Positions 9,016-18,585 of a stretch of DNA of 64,000 nt are shown here, one piece after another. Below the pieces are notes generated by a model, which saw only the letters and a list, made by a program, of their open reading frames with translations, made no database searches and was not told the origin of the DNA. Origin of the DNA: Kiritimatiellia bacterium (GTDB lineage: Bacteria; Verrucomicrobiota; Kiritimatiellia; RFP12; UBA1067); assembly GCA_051884875.1 (NCBI GenBank), contig JBJEWD010000020.1, positions 26,930-90,929 on the forward strand, read 5' to 3'. The position numbers and the translations under genes were made by a program. Numbering within the stretch: position 1 is the first letter of the stretch; every line of letters starts with the position of its first letter.

Positions 9016-10410
9016 TCACGCTGCTGAAAATCCAAGGCAGACCTTGTGCGTTCCCTTCTTGAGGGCGACCTCCTGCTCAAGTGCGGACAGGCGCTCCTCG
9101 TTACCGACCTCTTCGCCAAGGTAGAAGAACCGCTGGCTGACGGTCTTGAAGTCCCCCGGCGCAAGGTTTGGGATGGCGTCGAGACGCCTTGTGTCCTTCT
9201 CGGTTAGCGGCGTCTTGAACGCACGGTCGAAGAATATGTGCTTGCCGTCCGGTTCAAGATACCCGAATTCGAGTTTGTAGGTGAAGCGGCGCAGGACGGC
9301 GGCATCAAGATGATCCATGAAATTCGTCGCACCGACCATGACACCCTTGAACCGCTCCATGCAGTCCAGCAGCTCGTTGACCTGCGTGACCTCCCAGTTG
9401 GCAATCGCGCCGGAGCGATCCTGCATCAGTCCGTCGAGTTCGTCGAGAAAGAGAATCGCATTCTCCTCCTCCGCCTCCTCGAACGCGGCGCGGATTGCCT
9501 TCTCCGTCTTGCCGACCCAATGGTCGAGCAGGTCGCTCGCCATCTTCACCACGACCTTGCAGCCAAGCTGCTGTCCGAGGTAGTTCACGAACTCCGTCTT
9601 GCCCGTTCCGGGCGGTCCCCAGAGGAGAAGGTTCATGCGGGGGCGGTCAGGCAGCGATGCTTCCGCCTCTCCCTGCATCTTCCGGAAGTTCTTCACGGCT
9701 GCGACGACCTTGGCAAGCGGGATGTCGCCCTTGATCGAAATCCCGTCGAGCGTATAGTCGCGCACGGGGACGGGAATTTCAGCTGGCGTAGTCTCGTCAT
9801 CGTGTCTATCGATCGGGGTATGTTTCTGCATGTCGGTCTGTTCAGGCGCAGACTGCTTTACATCGACCGCCGCAACAGACTTTGCGATTTCCGCATCTGG
9901 ATTCGGATTCTCGCCATCCGGCTTTGCCGGTGTGTCGCCGCCGTCGATGTCGCCCTCCGCCTCCTTGATAGCCTCCTTCGGCGTCCGTGCGCCAAGCACG
10001 ACTTTGATGAAGGCAGGGCCGTACCGGGTGATCATCGCGTGAGGGAGATAGAGAAGCCGCTGGGTCTTCTCCATCGGGTCCGCCTCAAGCTCCTCCGACG
10101 GCATGACATAGTGGTAGCGCAGTTCTCCGTCGTCAAAGTCCATGTCGAACGATCCGAACGCAAGCTTGTACCCAAGCCTGCAGACCAGCTCCGCCACCTT
10201 TTCGCGGACACTTTCCGGCGCGGCGACGGGGAAGGTATAGACGCATGTGACCTTATTGTCCTCGACGCTGACGTACACCTTTGCGCTTCCGACGGCGTTG
10301 CCGACGCCGACACCGCACGTGAAAAGCCCGTTCTCCTCGTCGAACTCATACCGCCAGTCGTCCTTCTTGAAGAACTTGGCGATTATCTTGGCGTTCTTCC
10401 TTACGCTCAT
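9016..10410 (-). CDS. AAA+ ATPase (classical clade) with an N-terminal YbjN/T3SS-chaperone-like domain
   Basis: YbjN-like N-terminal ~110 aa, an acidic linker, then Walker A LLWGPPGTGKTEF and Walker B ILFLDELD. Confidence 0.7.
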   Translation of the reverse strand: MSVRKNAKIIAKFFKKDDWRYEFDEENGLFTCGVGVGNAVGSAKVYVSVEDNKVTCVYTFPVAAPESVREKVAELVCRLGYKLAFGSFDMDFDDGELRYHYVMPSEELEADPMEKTQRLLYLPHAMITRYGPAFIKVVLGARTPKEAIKEAEGDIDGGDTPAKPDGENPNPDAEIAKSVAAVDVKQSAPEQTDMQKHTPIDRHDDETTPAEIPVPVRDYTLDGISIKGDIPLAKVVAAVKNFRKMQGEAEASLPDRPRMNLLLWGPPGTGKTEFVNYLGQQLGCKVVVKMASDLLDHWVGKTEKAIRAAFEEAEEENAILFLDELDGLMQDRSGAIANWEVTQVNELLDCMERFKGVMVGATNFMDHLDAAVLRRFTYKLEFGYLEPDGKHIFFDRAFKTPLTEKDTRRLDAIPNLAPGDFKTVSQRFFYLGEEVGNEERLSALEQEVALKKGTHKVCLGFSAA

Positions 10411-10412
10411 CG

Positions 10413-10883
10413 TCAGTCCCCCTCGCAGTCCTTTATGGCGTCGGCGGGCGTCTTCAAGCCCATCAGCACCTCGGTGAAACCCTTTGAATACTGGTCGAGC
10501 ATCCTCGGCGGCGCCATGAGAAGCGTCGGCAGGATCATCTCGTCCGCACGGACGGCCGACATCGGGAACGTGAGATGGAAACGCACCTCGCCGTCGTTCC
10601 AGTCCATCTCGAAGTCGCCGTACTTGAGGCCGTAGTTGGCGCGGGTGATGAACTCCGCCATCTCGGACAGCTTGTCCTTTGCGGAAGCGGGGAACATCGC
10701 ATAGTTCTGGACTTCATCCTCCCCGACGAACAGGATAAACCTGAACGAGTTGTAAAGCCCCTTGAATCCTCCCACCCCGCCAGTGAAAGTGGCCACATGG
10801 CCGTGGTCGTGCATATCGTAGTGCCAGTCGTTCTCATCAAGAAACTTCTTGACGACTTCCACGTTTTCCTTGTGGCTGCCCAT
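10413..10883 (-). CDS. YbjN-like domain protein
   Basis: Paralogous to the N-terminus of the adjacent ATPase (HYDMHD...GDFEMDWNDGEVRFHLTF). The start was set at the internal ATG with an AAGGA RBS 7 nt upstream; the track ORF begins at 10979. Confidence 0.55.
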   Translation of the reverse strand: MGSHKENVEVVKKFLDENDWHYDMHDHGHVATFTGGVGGFKGLYNSFRFILFVGEDEVQNYAMFPASAKDKLSEMAEFITRANYGLKYGDFEMDWNDGEVRFHLTFPMSAVRADEMILPTLLMAPPRMLDQYSKGFTEVLMGLKTPADAIKDCEGD

Positions 10884-10988
10884 GACTATGTCCTTTCTTC
10901 TTTCTTTCAAACGAGAACCCTCATGGTTCCCTCTGGCAGACATAGACACCCTGCAGCTGCGGATATGACACGAAGGCATGCAGAAAAC

Positions 10989-11561
10989 CTAAAAACCGCC
11001 AAGGGCGAGTTGCGCGGCGTTGAGGCATTCAATGCTATCGTGCATCGCATCGTAGAGGTAGAGTTGCGAGAGAGCGTCAAGTGCATCGCCATCCTCCACC
11101 CACTCCGTGCAAAATGACCTGCGCCATGTTATCCGGCGCGACTTCTCGTCCACGATGACGGCATCCTTCGGATGATGCCGCATCCAGTCAGCGGCGAAGC
11201 GGTGTGCAGCCGGGACATCTGGAATCTGCCAGTCGGGGCAAAACGCCTCCCATACGACAAACTGCTCGTCCTCGTCGAAGCGAATTATCTGCTCCGTCGT
11301 GTTCTTCGGGACAAAGTCCGACGACTCCATCTCCTGTGCTATCAGATGCAGTCCGTCGCATTCTCGCTCCGGGCAGACTGTATCCCACGCCTCGATTTCG
11401 TCGAAAAGTCGCTCTTTGGTCAGCCAAGGGCGTTCCTGCTCTTCTGGCGGCGGCAACACGAATTCAGCAACGTGCTCCGTGTTAGGCGGAGGCATTTCAT
11501 CGGTCTGCGTTCCTCCTTGCGGTGCGAATAGTTCAATTTGTTCCAGCACTTCACTCATCAC
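10989..11561 (-). CDS. Hypothetical acidic protein
   Basis: 190-aa ORF. It overlaps the upstream phosphatase gene by 4 nt. No recognisable motif. Confidence 0.4.
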   Translation of the reverse strand: MMSEVLEQIELFAPQGGTQTDEMPPPNTEHVAEFVLPPPEEQERPWLTKERLFDEIEAWDTVCPERECDGLHLIAQEMESSDFVPKNTTEQIIRFDEDEQFVVWEAFCPDWQIPDVPAAHRFAADWMRHHPKDAVIVDEKSRRITWRRSFCTEWVEDGDALDALSQLYLYDAMHDSIECLNAAQLALGGF

Positions 11562-12049
11562 GATTCACCCATATACCCGGTTTCAATGTACTCTGTGAAT
11601 ATCTGTTCAACGACGGGGTTTGGGGAAATCTGCGGATTGACGCGCTTGAAATACTCGTGGTCTTCCGGCTTCTTGTCCCACACGAAGTTCCAGTAGTGGT
11701 CGAGGACGCTGGCCACGGCACCGCTGCGCGAGACCCCCTCCGTGCAATGGATCAGCACAGGCCACGAGCCGTGCCCGATGTGCTTCAGAATCTTCTGCGC
11801 CATGACGGGGCGGAACTTCGTCACCTTTTCGCCGTCGTAGAGGTCGGAATAGTCCGTTACGTCGTCGAATGTGAGGCACAGGAGATTCGGCGACTTCAAT
11901 CCCTCTTCCGAAAACGGCGGTTCCGAATCCCAGCCACTACGCGACTGGATGGACACGACCTTGTTGTGAGCCAGCACTTGTTCCTCAAGTACCGTCCCCT
12001 TGATCCTCTCGAACCACTTTCTCGGCAGACACTGTATTTTCATTTGCAT
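11558..12049 (-). CDS. Dual-specificity (Cys-based) protein phosphatase
   Basis: HC(X5)R signature VLIHCTEGVSRSGAV. Confidence 0.6.
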   Translation of the reverse strand: MQMKIQCLPRKWFERIKGTVLEEQVLAHNKVVSIQSRSGWDSEPPFSEEGLKSPNLLCLTFDDVTDYSDLYDGEKVTKFRPVMAQKILKHIGHGSWPVLIHCTEGVSRSGAVASVLDHYWNFVWDKKPEDHEYFKRVNPQISPNPVVEQIFTEYIETGYMGES

Positions 12050-12056
12050 GATCCTT

Positions 12057-12419
12057 TCACAACATCAAATAGATTATGGATAGCACCCCCAACGTCAACA
12101 CGGCAAGGAGAACCATCAATTGAAGCCATACGGCAAAACGGACGCACCCGCCGCCCAACTTGCACAGCATCCGCTCCACGAAAGAGTCAAAAACGTTAAT
12201 CGCGCCCGATATGATTGCAATCATGACGGCGAATCCAAGACACTGCTCCGCCTCTGTGCAATAGCTGCCTTCCGGCGGGGTGTGCGGGAAATACGTTTCA
12301 TAAACAAGCAACAACCAGGGAATTAGAAATCCGACAAACCAAGAAAACACGAAACGAAACCTAAGCCCCTCGAACAGCCTTTTCGCAAAACACACCGATG
12401 CAAACGGGACAAGCCACAC
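12057..12419 (-). CDS. Small hydrophobic membrane protein (GTG start)
   Basis: 120 aa with about 3 TM helices. It lies 8 nt upstream of the phosphatase gene. A 39-aa hydrophobic mini-ORF lies just upstream again. Confidence 0.3.
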   Translation of the reverse strand: MWLVPFASVCFAKRLFEGLRFRFVFSWFVGFLIPWLLLVYETYFPHTPPEGSYCTEAEQCLGFAVMIAIISGAINVFDSFVERMLCKLGGGCVRFAVWLQLMVLLAVLTLGVLSIIYLML

Positions 12420-12650
12420 CCCGGCGAGAAGGAAATAGTCAAGAACTGTCTCGCTGCCCGCAGGAGCAGCGGGATCGTATGTCTAGAAGCGGACGGCGAC
12501 AACCGCCCCAAGGCACAACGCCAAGGCCATCCCCGCCGCGACAACGGGTATTCTCTTTGACCTATTATTGCCTGTCTGTTGCGTCAGATTCATATTCATT
12601 GCTTTCCTTGTTCCGTATAGACGCAGCAGACTTGCCAATATGACACTAAA

Positions 12651-13121
12651 TCATATCGGGCCTCTGCATGAATATTGTCCGCCCCTCCAAGGCACCCATT
12701 CGACCTTTCCATGATTGCACAGTATGCCGGGGAGTCCGCGAATCCCCCAGCCTGGCACAAACAAGTAGGAATCGCAGCAGAAGAAGCCAATGTCGCGATG
12801 AACACCCGAAGGCTGCTTCTTCCAGATGGTGTACCACCAATTGGCTGCGCCTCTGGCATTAGTGCCGGAATCTACGATCAATTCCTCTATCCCGTCGCCA
12901 TCTATATCCCGATGCAGGACATTCACTCCGACGCTTTCTGGCGGATCGTCGTATAGCTCCACGCACGAGACAACCTCCTTGGGCAGCTGTGAAGCCTTTA
13001 TGTCTTCGCTCCACCCGCAGCAATTGACCTTGATGAAACGGCCCATGTAGAGAATTGCATAGACGGACAGAATCACTGACAACGCCGCAATTGCAATTCT
13101 AAGACCAGTCCTGGCTTTCAT
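12651..13121 (-). CDS. Secreted hypothetical protein (signal peptide; DxDGDG FG-GAP-like motif)
   Basis: N-terminal signal peptide MKARTGLRIAIAALSVILSVYA, and a DIDGDGIEEL motif. Confidence 0.4.
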   Translation of the reverse strand: MKARTGLRIAIAALSVILSVYAILYMGRFIKVNCCGWSEDIKASQLPKEVVSCVELYDDPPESVGVNVLHRDIDGDGIEELIVDSGTNARGAANWWYTIWKKQPSGVHRDIGFFCCDSYLFVPGWGIRGLPGILCNHGKVEWVPWRGGQYSCRGPI

Positions 13122-13196
13122 GCTTCCCTCTCGCCGAATATGTTTACAATCGACGGCATGACGCCGCTACGGTGCAACAACCACGCCTCCGCCGCG

Positions 13197-13403
13197 TCAC
13201 GCAAGCCGGAGACCGCATAGCGATGCCGCCATCGCCTCCCGCCGTTCCTGCAGCCGGTAGGCCACGGTGGCGCGCAGGACGCCGCACAGGGCGCAGTTCG
13301 GAAGGTCTGCGACAAGAGGCGCGTATCGACGGCGCAGGGCGCGGGCGTCGAGCGATTCGAGCGCGGCGATCTCGTCTTTCAGGCTGTCTGGCAGTTCATC
13401 CAT
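13197..13403 (-). pseudogene. N-terminal fragment of a DUF2924-family protein, a prophage/integrative-element-associated family
   Basis: LKDEIAALESL...LRRRYAPL...VAYRLQER matches the conserved DUF2924 N-terminal region. The ORF is only 68 aa and the surrounding sequence is non-coding. Confidence 0.3.
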
Positions 13404-13845
13404 CTTCGAGAGTTCCTTTTACAGTGTGCGGGACATATATAGCCATAGTATTTCAGATATATCCAGTCCAAAGATTAGGATTTATACGGGCCATCACGCC
13501 CTTCAGAAGAAGGGCTATTGCGGCGAATGTCTGTGCGTTGCGGTCGGTCATGTGCGGGTCTCCTCGTGTCCCTGCATATACTTATTGCCGCGCAGGTTGT
13601 AGTGGTAGGCGGTTTTTACGCTTTTCACGTGTGTTGCCTTGCACACTGTTCTCTATGATAAAACCCTACAACATACGCTTTTTCAGGGCGCGGATTTCAC
13701 GAAACCCCTGTAAAATAAGGGCGAAGCGTATCTTGTAGGGGCTACAACATACGCAGAGAGGATTTCGGGAGAGGGGGCCGAAGCAGGAGAATTTTTGTAT
13801 CTCTGCCGCCGGAAAGCAAAGCGATGACGAACCCTGGATAAGCGA

Positions 13846-13870
13846 AAAACCCCAAATTACTTGGGGTTTT
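13846..13870 (-). terminator. Intrinsic terminator hairpin downstream of tRNA-Pro
   Basis: AAAACCCCAA-attac-TTGGGGTTTT forms a 10-bp stem with a 5-nt loop. It is followed by T5 on the minus strand and T4 on the plus strand. Confidence 0.5.
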
Positions 13871-13925
13871 CCGGGGTTCGTATTACGCGGTAATAGAGAG
13901 AGATTCTCTTAGTACCGACAGAAGA

Positions 13926-14002
<77 letters not shown>

Positions 14003-14029
14003 TTGGGGATGCGGGGTATTATAGCACAA

Positions 14030-14553
14030 TCAGTGCAGCTTGAGAATGCGCTGATTGGAGCTGCCGCGAAACTTGAGCGAAATGTCCTTAAGCTCCTCGA
14101 TAAACGGGCCGTCAACGAGGACATTCGTCATCGCCAGAATCTCGTCCGTGACCTCCGTCCGCCAGTAGCGATGCGGGGTCGAGTACTCAAAGGCTATGGC
14201 CTCGCCCGAATTCGGCAGCAGATCAAGCTCAAGAATGCAACCCGTATAGATCCACAGCGTCTTCGTTTCACCGAAACGTTCGCGGAAACGGCGCAGAAAG
14301 CCGATGAGTCCGCGCTGGTTAGCCGGCTCCATCGGCTCCCCGCCGAGCAGGGTCAGTCCCGCAATGTACGGTGCCGCCAACGCATCGAGAATCTCATCCT
14401 CGACCGCTTTCGTAAAAGGCTTGCCGTAGGAGAAGCGCTGCGCCTCCTCGTTAAAGCAACCCCTGCATCTGTGCGTACAGCCGCTGACGAAGAGGGAGAC
14501 GCGAACGCCCTCTCCATTGGCGACGTCACAGGTGCGTAGGTCGGCGTAATTCA
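14030..14553 (-). CDS. nrdG: Anaerobic ribonucleoside-triphosphate reductase activating protein (radical SAM)
   Basis: CTHRCRGCFN radical-SAM cluster motif. A GTG start overlaps the nrdD stop as GTGA. The ORF-track start at 14683 would give an implausible 130-nt overlap. Confidence 0.85.
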
Positions 14554-16743
14554 CGAGACGTGCAGCACGCGCTCCTTGATCTCCTGCGTGCGGCCCTGGT
14601 TCCAGAACTGCGACCCGATGTAGCCGCAGGTACGGCGGGCGACGTTCAGCTTGGACTCGTCGGTGTTGCCGCACTTCGGGCACCGCCAGATGAGCTTTCC
14701 GGAGTCGTCCTTGACGATCTGTATCTCACCATCGAACCCGCATTCCTGACAGTAGTCGGACTTTGTGTTCAGCTCAGCGTACATGATGTTGTCATAGATG
14801 AACTTCATGATCGCCAGCACAGCCGGGATGTTGTTCTGCATGTTCGGCACCTCGACGTAACTGATCGCACCGCCCGGGGAGAGCCGCTGGAATTTGGCCT
14901 CGGTCGCCAGCTTCTTGAACGCATCGATCGGCTCGGTGACATGCACATGATAGGAGTTCGTGATGTAGTTCCGGTCGGTGACGCCCTTGATGACGCCAAA
15001 GCGCCGCTGCAGACACATGGCGAACTTGTAGGTCGTCGATTCGAGCGGCGTGCCGTAGAGCGAATAGTGGATGTCCTCGGCAGCTTTCCACTTCGCCGTG
15101 TAGTCGTTGAGTTTCTGCATGATCTCAAGGCCAAGCTTCTCGCCCTCGGGTTCCGTCAGCTTCTTGCCGTTCATCGCGTAGACGCACTCCCAGAGGCCGG
15201 CGTAGCCGAGCGACAGGGTGGAGTAGCCGCCATGCAGGTACTTGTCGATCGCCGCGCCCTTCGGCAGGCGCGTCAGCGCCCCATACTGCCAGAGGATCGG
15301 CGCCGCGTCCGAAAGCGTGCCCGTCAGCCGCTCGTGGCGGCACTGCAGCGCCTTGTGGCACAGCTCCATGCGCTCCTCGAAGACGCTCCAGAAGGTCGCA
15401 AGATCGCCATGCGCCGAGAGCGCGATGTCTACGAGATTCACCGTCACGACACCCTGATTAAAGCGCCCGTAGTACTTGCCCTTGCCCGTCTCGGGATCGA
15501 CCCATGGCGTCAGGAACGAGCGGCAGCCCATCGGCGTGTAGCAGTTGCCCTTGCCGTTGGCGTCGATTTTGTACTCGAGCATCTTCTTCTCGGAGATGTA
15601 GTCCGGGACGAGCCGCTTCGCCGTGCACCTGGCGGCGAGTTCGGTCAGATACCAGTACGGCGAACCTTCATGGACGTTCTGCTCCTCCAGGACGTAGACG
15701 AGCTTCGGAAACGCCGGGGTGACGTAGACGCCCACCTCGTTCTTGACACCGAGAATGCGTTGATGCAGCACCTCCTCGACGATCATCGCGAGATCGCGCC
15801 GCTCGGCCTCGCTGCGCGCTTCGCCGAGATACATGAAAACGGTGATGAACGGGGCCTGCCCGTTGGTCGTCATGAGCGTCACCACCTGATACTGAATCGT
15901 CTGCACGCCCTTCTCGACCTCCTTGTGGACGCGCTTCTCGACAATGGCGTCGAATTTCTCGGGGGACAGCGAAAGACCGGCCTCCGCCAGCTCGGACTTC
16001 AGATCCCGACGGATCGCCTGACGCGAAATCTCCACGAACGGCGCCAGGTGCGTCAGCGAAATGGACTGGCCTCCGTACTGGTTCGACGCGACCTGAGCGA
16101 TGATCTGCGTGGCGATGTTGCACGCCGTGGAGAAGCTCTTCGGCCGCTCAATCATCGTGCCGGAGATGACCGTGCCGTTCTGCAGCATGTCCTCGAGGTT
16201 CACGAGGTCGCAGTTGTGCATATGCTGCGCGAAGTAGTCCATGTCATGGAAATGGATGATGCCCTCGCGATGGGCCTGCACCACGTCTTGCGGCAGCAGC
16301 AGACGCGCGGAGACGTCTTTCGATACCTCGCCCGCCATGTAGTCGCGCTGGACGGAGTTGATCGTCGGGTTCTTGTTGGAGTTCTCCTGCTTGACGTCCT
16401 CGTTATTGCACTCGATGAGGGAGAGAATCTGCTTGTCGGTCGTGTTCGCCTGACGAAGGAGCGACTGCTTGTAGCGATAGGTGATGTATTTCTTCGCGAT
16501 CTCCTTCGCCCCCATCTCCATGATCTTCGTCTCGACGACATCCTGAATCTCTTCGACCGTCATCGCCCGCTCACGCGCCGCGCACACGCCCGCGACTTCT
16601 TCGGCAATCAGCTTGATGCGCCCTTCGGACAAAGCATCCTTGTAGTCAACCGCCTGGCTGGCTTTGCGAATGGCATTTTCAATCTTGGTTACGTCAAACG
16701 CCTTCTCTTCACCACTGCGCTTGATGATCTTCATCTGTTTCAT
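14551..16743 (-). CDS. nrdD: Anaerobic ribonucleoside-triphosphate reductase, class III
   Basis: 730 aa. C-terminal Zn ribbon CQECG...CPKCG and glycyl-radical motif RTCGYIG. Confidence 0.9.
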   Translation of the reverse strand: MKQMKIIKRSGEEKAFDVTKIENAIRKASQAVDYKDALSEGRIKLIAEEVAGVCAARERAMTVEEIQDVVETKIMEMGAKEIAKKYITYRYKQSLLRQANTTDKQILSLIECNNEDVKQENSNKNPTINSVQRDYMAGEVSKDVSARLLLPQDVVQAHREGIIHFHDMDYFAQHMHNCDLVNLEDMLQNGTVISGTMIERPKSFSTACNIATQIIAQVASNQYGGQSISLTHLAPFVEISRQAIRRDLKSELAEAGLSLSPEKFDAIVEKRVHKEVEKGVQTIQYQVVTLMTTNGQAPFITVFMYLGEARSEAERRDLAMIVEEVLHQRILGVKNEVGVYVTPAFPKLVYVLEEQNVHEGSPYWYLTELAARCTAKRLVPDYISEKKMLEYKIDANGKGNCYTPMGCRSFLTPWVDPETGKGKYYGRFNQGVVTVNLVDIALSAHGDLATFWSVFEERMELCHKALQCRHERLTGTLSDAAPILWQYGALTRLPKGAAIDKYLHGGYSTLSLGYAGLWECVYAMNGKKLTEPEGEKLGLEIMQKLNDYTAKWKAAEDIHYSLYGTPLESTTYKFAMCLQRRFGVIKGVTDRNYITNSYHVHVTEPIDAFKKLATEAKFQRLSPGGAISYVEVPNMQNNIPAVLAIMKFIYDNIMYAELNTKSDYCQECGFDGEIQIVKDDSGKLIWRCPKCGNTDESKLNVARRTCGYIGSQFWNQGRTQEIKERVLHVS

Positions 16744-16836
16744 TGCCGCTTTGCACCCCTTCTACTTAGATTGTAAGACTGACCCCGCTACAAATCACCA
16801 CAAGCCGAACATCTTGTAGAGACTGATACATAGCAT

Positions 16837-16900
16837 ACACCAAATCTTGTGTATGCGCAAGGGCAAAACTGCAATGTGTTGTCTACAGGTTGTAGACAAC
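16837..16900. promoter_or_regulatory. NrdR-box-like 16-mer (ACACCAAATCTTGTGT) plus a perfect 10-bp inverted repeat (GTTGTCTACA-GGT-TGTAGACAAC) upstream of nrdDG
   Basis: ACAC-N8-GTGT matches the shape of the NrdR box consensus. The palindrome is at 16878..16900. Both lie 95-160 bp upstream of the nrdD start. Confidence 0.3.
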
Positions 16901-16971
16901 GCGTCCGCCACCCACAAGTTTTTGTATATATGACCGAAAAACGCCTTTCGCGACCAAATGCGGCAACTAGC

Positions 16972-18300
16972 TCAGAAGCGCGGCAACTTCATGAGGGAGT
17001 CGATGCGCCCGCCCTCGCGCGACCGCATGCGCCAGATCCGCCCGTGCTCGTCCCGAAGCGCCCTTAGGCGCCCCTCGTCGCGGCGATGGCAGGCGCAGTC
17101 GATGAGATTGGCCATATAGACGATTTCCTTCGCCCAATCCGACCGATCCGTCCACTTTTCCGCCGCAATACGCACGCCCGCCGCGATGCCGCTAATATCG
17201 TCCAGGATCGCCTGCGTAAGTCCCAAGTGACGCGAATAGCCGATCGGATTGCGGAGAATATTGAAAAGCTCCGAACAATTCGCCCGCAGGGCACCGCCGC
17301 GCAGATAGAGCGTCCCGAGACGTAGCAACAGTCCGCCCAGAGGCGCGTCCATCACCCGGTCGAGTTCCCGCTCCAGATCCATATTCGCCGATTTTGCGCC
17401 CGAGAACGCGAAATTTCCTGCCAGAATGATGCCGGGCAACGACGCGGCAAGCGGTTGCCAATGCCCTTCGTCGCCCCAATCGGTGAGCAGATAACCCTTG
17501 GCCCCATGGAGACGGCCCGCCATTTCCGCCGCCGCCAGGTTCTCCCGCATATTCTCGACACGACCGGCGAGCGAACGCCAAGCGGACGTTCCAGGGCAAA
17601 CGTAGAAGTCGAGTCCCGCCGTCCGGAACGCCGCCGCTTCCTTCTCAAAGGGATGGTTGCCCTCATAGCCCCAGTCGAGGGCGATGAGGTCGCGCGGCAG
17701 ACGCGAAATGAATCCGGGATGCCTCAGGATGATGTCGCCCCAGAACATCGGTCGCTTCCCGTGGCGCCGGACGATCTCCACGATCTGCATCAGAAAGCCG
17801 AAGTACTCCTCGGGATCGGAAATCTCAAACGTCTCGTCGCACCCGATGTTCACGAACGGTGAGCGGAAATTTGGCAACAGCTGCCCGAGCAGATCGGCAA
17901 TAAGCGCGATCGAGCCGGGATTCTTCGGATCCAGCGTCGTCGGGAATTTCTTGATCGTCCCCCACGGCGTCATCGCCCCGCCCTTCGGAAATTTTGCGAG
18001 CGCATTGTACCGCGGCTTCGTGAGCCATCGCTCCATGTGTCCAAAGGTGTTCTGGTTGGGGACGAGTTCAATTCCCTGCATGTCGCAATAGGTCTGGAGC
18101 TTCGCGATCTCCACCGCCGTCAGCGGATCGGCCTCTTCCCAGACCACCTCATGCCCCGCATAGGCGAACGTGTGTTCGGTATAGAGCTGGAACTGGTTGT
18201 AGCGATAGCGCGCGAGAATATCGACGATGAGATATAGCGTCCGCATCGTCGGCACCCGATCCCGGCTCACGTCCAGCATATAGCCCCGTACGTCAAACAT
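16972..18300 (-). CDS. Glycoside hydrolase family 20-like (beta-N-acetylhexosaminidase catalytic domain)
   Basis: MLDVSRDRVPT near the N-terminus and a NIGCDE variant of the GH20 HIGGDE catalytic motif. Confidence 0.55.
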   Translation of the reverse strand: MFDVRGYMLDVSRDRVPTMRTLYLIVDILARYRYNQFQLYTEHTFAYAGHEVVWEEADPLTAVEIAKLQTYCDMQGIELVPNQNTFGHMERWLTKPRYNALAKFPKGGAMTPWGTIKKFPTTLDPKNPGSIALIADLLGQLLPNFRSPFVNIGCDETFEISDPEEYFGFLMQIVEIVRRHGKRPMFWGDIILRHPGFISRLPRDLIALDWGYEGNHPFEKEAAAFRTAGLDFYVCPGTSAWRSLAGRVENMRENLAAAEMAGRLHGAKGYLLTDWGDEGHWQPLAASLPGIILAGNFAFSGAKSANMDLERELDRVMDAPLGGLLLRLGTLYLRGGALRANCSELFNILRNPIGYSRHLGLTQAILDDISGIAAGVRIAAEKWTDRSDWAKEIVYMANLIDCACHRRDEGRLRALRDEHGRIWRMRSREGGRIDSLMKLPRF

Positions 18301-18585
18301 GGCGTGAATTATACCAAATACTGCAATGGCATCAGCGGAAACTTTCCGGTTACCTTCATCATTGGATGACCTGGGCGATCATACTCTGAGGCGGGAGGTT
18401 GCTTGATTGTGCGCAGGATGGCGTGGCTGATCGGACGGGCATATAGGCTTTTGCAGCAGAAGCCGTGCAAGCCTCCTGCCGGGACGACAACCCCTCGGCA
18501 AGCGCTGCCAAGAAGAAACCGTCCCATTAAAGCGGATTTCCATGCTACGACAAGGGAAGCGAACACCCCGTCATCTAAGGCATCG

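Noticed and set aside
14551-14683. Apparent 130-nt overlap between nrdD and nrdG
   Set aside because: The nrdG ORF in the track begins at an upstream non-conserved start. A GTG at 14553..14551 gives the canonical VNYADL N-terminus and a 4-nt GTGA overlap instead.
14560-16776. 738-aa plus-strand ORF, and similar ones at 9238..10635 (465 aa), 20014..21201 (395 aa), 50371..52065 (564 aa), 54044..56083 (679 aa), 56074..58284 (736 aa), 59670..61109 (479 aa) and 61384..63450 (688 aa)
   Set aside because: Each is antisense to a strongly supported minus-strand gene (nrdD, the AAA ATPase, the amidohydrolase, the vWA proteins, MoxR, the secreted protein). They are R/A/G/P-rich, as expected for stop-poor antisense frames in high-GC DNA. 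None has a recognisable motif.
16925-16965. Possible intrinsic terminator after the GH20 gene (CGC-GAAAG-GCG followed by T5 on the minus strand)
   Set aside because: The stem is only 3-4 bp, too weak to call a terminator.
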